A DNA stretch of 63,960 bases, filler included, from Ionaspis alba (Eukaryota): NCBI GenBank assembly GCA_964255285.1. It is 5 parts of 5 records of this genome, joined end to end, with 100 filler letters (N's around TTAATTAATTAA, not from the genome) between each part and the next. Parts side by side here need not be neighbours in the genome. Positions count along the whole stretch, not along the records: positions 52,846 to 63,960 come from CAXUUL010000567.1; 4 more parts are not named here. One strand, 5' to 3'. The notes under the pieces were generated by a model. The model saw only the letters and a program-made list of their open reading frames with translations, did not search any database and was not told the origin of the DNA. The position numbers were made by a program, and so were the translations under genes. This document shows, piece after piece, positions 61,563-63,960 of this stretch (within the stretch, counting starts at the first letter, position 1; each line of letters opens with the position of its first letter).

Positions 61563-63845
61563 ATGGGTACTATCGTGCCAACGTCAGTCGGTTGGACCGC
61601 GACTTGCGTCTCGCTTGTTAGCAACCTCACCACCGGCTTCGTGGACGTGAATGGACTGCCTATGGTAAAAAGAGATAACAATACTTGGGGGATAGATATA
61701 ACTACATGCCGCAGCCATTGCAATGCTTCGATCATTCCCCTTGTAAGCGCACTCTTTCGAATTCGAAAATGGCCTCTACTCTGGGCACTATCGGCTCTAG
61801 CGCGTTGTGGTCTCTGTTTTAACAATCGCGAGCGTCCATATTTCTTGAAAACGCTCGATAGATGTGCCGTCCTTTTATTACCACAGTCTTGGCTCGGCTG
61901 CTTCCTTAGCACCTTAGTTTTTATTCAATACTGCTTACTTCTCTCGTCACATTTCTGATCGGCTACTGACCACTTCTAGGATTTCAATTTCCAGAATTTT
62001 GCAACCTCATTCACAAACTATCTCCTACCATGGCTTGCACTTACAGCACAGCTGCCGTACGAAACTGGAAGTCCGTGGAGCAATATCATGAGTCTGTGTA
62101 TGGCCGTGGGAAGTCCTGCATTAATAACCTACTCTTTGTCCCTGACTATCCTTAATCGTTCCTGGGTTCGTCAACAATTCGATTCTCTCTTTTCTCGAGC
62201 ACGAGGTCAGAGTGTGCACCAGAGATTCCCAGGATATGCCGACCGCGTTCGGGCCGCTCAATACTTGCTGCAAGAAGCTCAACAAGTACCAATGAGAGCG
62301 TCGCAGGATAGTGGATGGCTCAGCAGTCTGGTAGTCGTTGGAGATAATCAGAAATGGTGGCAGAGGATGAGAGACAGGCTAAATAACACCCGTCGCGGGG
62401 TTACCTTTTCGCTTACCGCCCAGATTGTCATGGCAGCTATTGCTTGGCTGTTCACCGTGATATCAGCTTTCATAGGCTTCTTAGGTGATATGGTCGTTGC
62501 CCTGCAGATCTCTGCGGGGAGTTTATGGATCTGGATGGTAAGTTTATCAACTCTCAAGAGCCCTCAAAGTGGTGCAATGACCCCCAATTTGAATCGTTTC
62601 GAGCAAATGACAAGCTCACATATCTAAATTGATCATATGCTCAGTCATGAGTCAACACGTTTTATCTGCGGGACGCACACAAACCTAGTCCACTATTCTG
62701 ACATTTTTCAGATACCGGTCATATGTGGTTGGATCACAGTAGGAACTCAGTCACGGCCGGGCTCCATTGCAGAAGTACTTCGTGCAGACAAAGCCCACAG
62801 AGCGCTTGAACCTCCTGTTGGAGTAGCTAGTCGTTACACGGAAAGCGGTGAACAGCGTGCTATCACAGCAAGATCTGGACTCACTCCTGAGCCACATCGT
62901 GTTCATCAGACAGTAGTCGGTGGCTTTCAAGTACCGCCGTTAGCCAACGTGAGGATTCCTTCGTGGTTTGGCTGCGACATTAGTGGCGACGAAAGAAGGC
63001 GCGGCCCTATCTACAATTATTCGAGGGTCTTTACTTGGTGGCAATGCGCGACATCAGTGGATGAGGCTATGGAAGCTACTATGACTAGCATCGAAGCTGG
63101 GGGGACCTGCCAAACGAGACAGCCTTGGGATACAGCCCGCAAAGCCGAGGACAATCTTGCAGGCGACTCCCTCCAGACAGCGAGATATTGTGGACTGACC
63201 ACCAACTCCATACACGCGTACCCAAAATGGTCGGATATCCCTGCTGATGTCTGGAAACGGATGATCACTGCTGCTCTGATGGGCATTTTTGTACAATGGG
63301 GCACGACTGGTCCAGCCATAGTGATCGCTTACACTACACCGGTCCAAGGGTTTGGGTGTCGGTCTGGCGCCTACACACTCTACGGCAGTCTTGGCGTTGC
63401 CGCATGGTTCTTCCTGACAATATCAATGCTTCTGTCCCATGGTGCCATGCTTCGGTATCAAGAAGTCCACGCGAACAACCCGATGATAGACCTTCGCAAG
63501 AATGTCAATGGGCAAAACCAGTACAAAAGGACGTGGCCGCACACTTTCATCTGCGCCGCTGCGGTTGTTACACGATACCTGGGCAAGACGATTGCAGTTT
63601 GCAATGCGATCTGGATTCTTTTAAGCAGCCTCTTCGAGTACATCGGAGGCTTTGACAACTGCTGGTGTAAAGGAGATGTGCTTGGGCTCGGCGATCGGGG
63701 GTGGGTTGTCCTGTACAAGACAGCGGGCGAGCTAGCCCAAGCAGCGCAGACACCTTGGGCTACTGGCGTTGCGACAAGTATTCTTGTCTGCGTATTCTCA
63801 TTTTCGTTCTTTTGGTTGGGATGCAGGAGGACCGGCGAGGACTGA
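61563..63845 (+). CDS. Uncharacterised multi-pass membrane protein; 3 exons
   Basis: Exons 61563-61742, 61980-62537 and 62712-63845 give FTNYLLPWLALTAQLPY, VGSPALITYSLSLTILN, LWIWM|IPVICGW, FVQWGTTGPAIVIAY.TP..GFGCRSG, FDNCWC. Several hydrophobic helices. Confidence 0.8.
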
Positions 63846-63960
63846 ATAATGGTGTGAGATAGTAGTGGGGACATGATGATCTGGATTGGAGACTGTTTTC
63901 TGGTCATAATCTTAATCAAGACACATGCATAAATTTCGTCTATCGAGCCTCGGGTCGAGG

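Noticed and set aside
1..63960. rRNA, tRNA, CRISPR arrays, LTR/LINE elements, RIP-degraded AT-rich blocks, secondary-metabolite backbone genes
   Set aside because: None recognisable; the sequence is gene-dense euchromatin of roughly balanced GC content.

Overview
Eukaryotic, intron-rich fungal DNA (filamentous Ascomycota/Pezizomycotina; possibly a lichen-forming lineage, which is inference only). The window is not contiguous. It is at least five unrelated scaffolds of about 13.1 kb joined by artificial 44N-TTAATTAATTAA-44N linkers, with seven further 100-N gaps inside scaffolds. About 29 protein-coding genes are supportable. Most are housekeeping: HUS1, GYP7, ITT1-like RBR ligase, CAX4-like phosphatase, SYN8, an ABCC transporter, FLC/TRP-like, PMS1, BMS1, a PKP2-like kinase and GDB1. 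Accessory genes include F-box paralogs, a PTH11-like receptor, a CYP7/8-like P450, MFS transporters, an Acr2-like reductase and a small secreted protein. The best novelty candidate is a 337-aa intact gene at 59617-60706 that looks like a domesticated Mutator (MULE) transposase: it keeps the WRKY/GCM1-type zinc finger and CCHC knuckle, lacks the DDE core, and has a heptad-repeat tail. Also notable: a 4-exon I9 protease-inhibitor gene missed by the ORF track, a frameshifted Acr2-like gene, and two GC-AG introns in one ABC transporter gene. I found no rRNA, tRNA, CRISPR or intact transposon. All homology calls come from motif recognition, not database searches.
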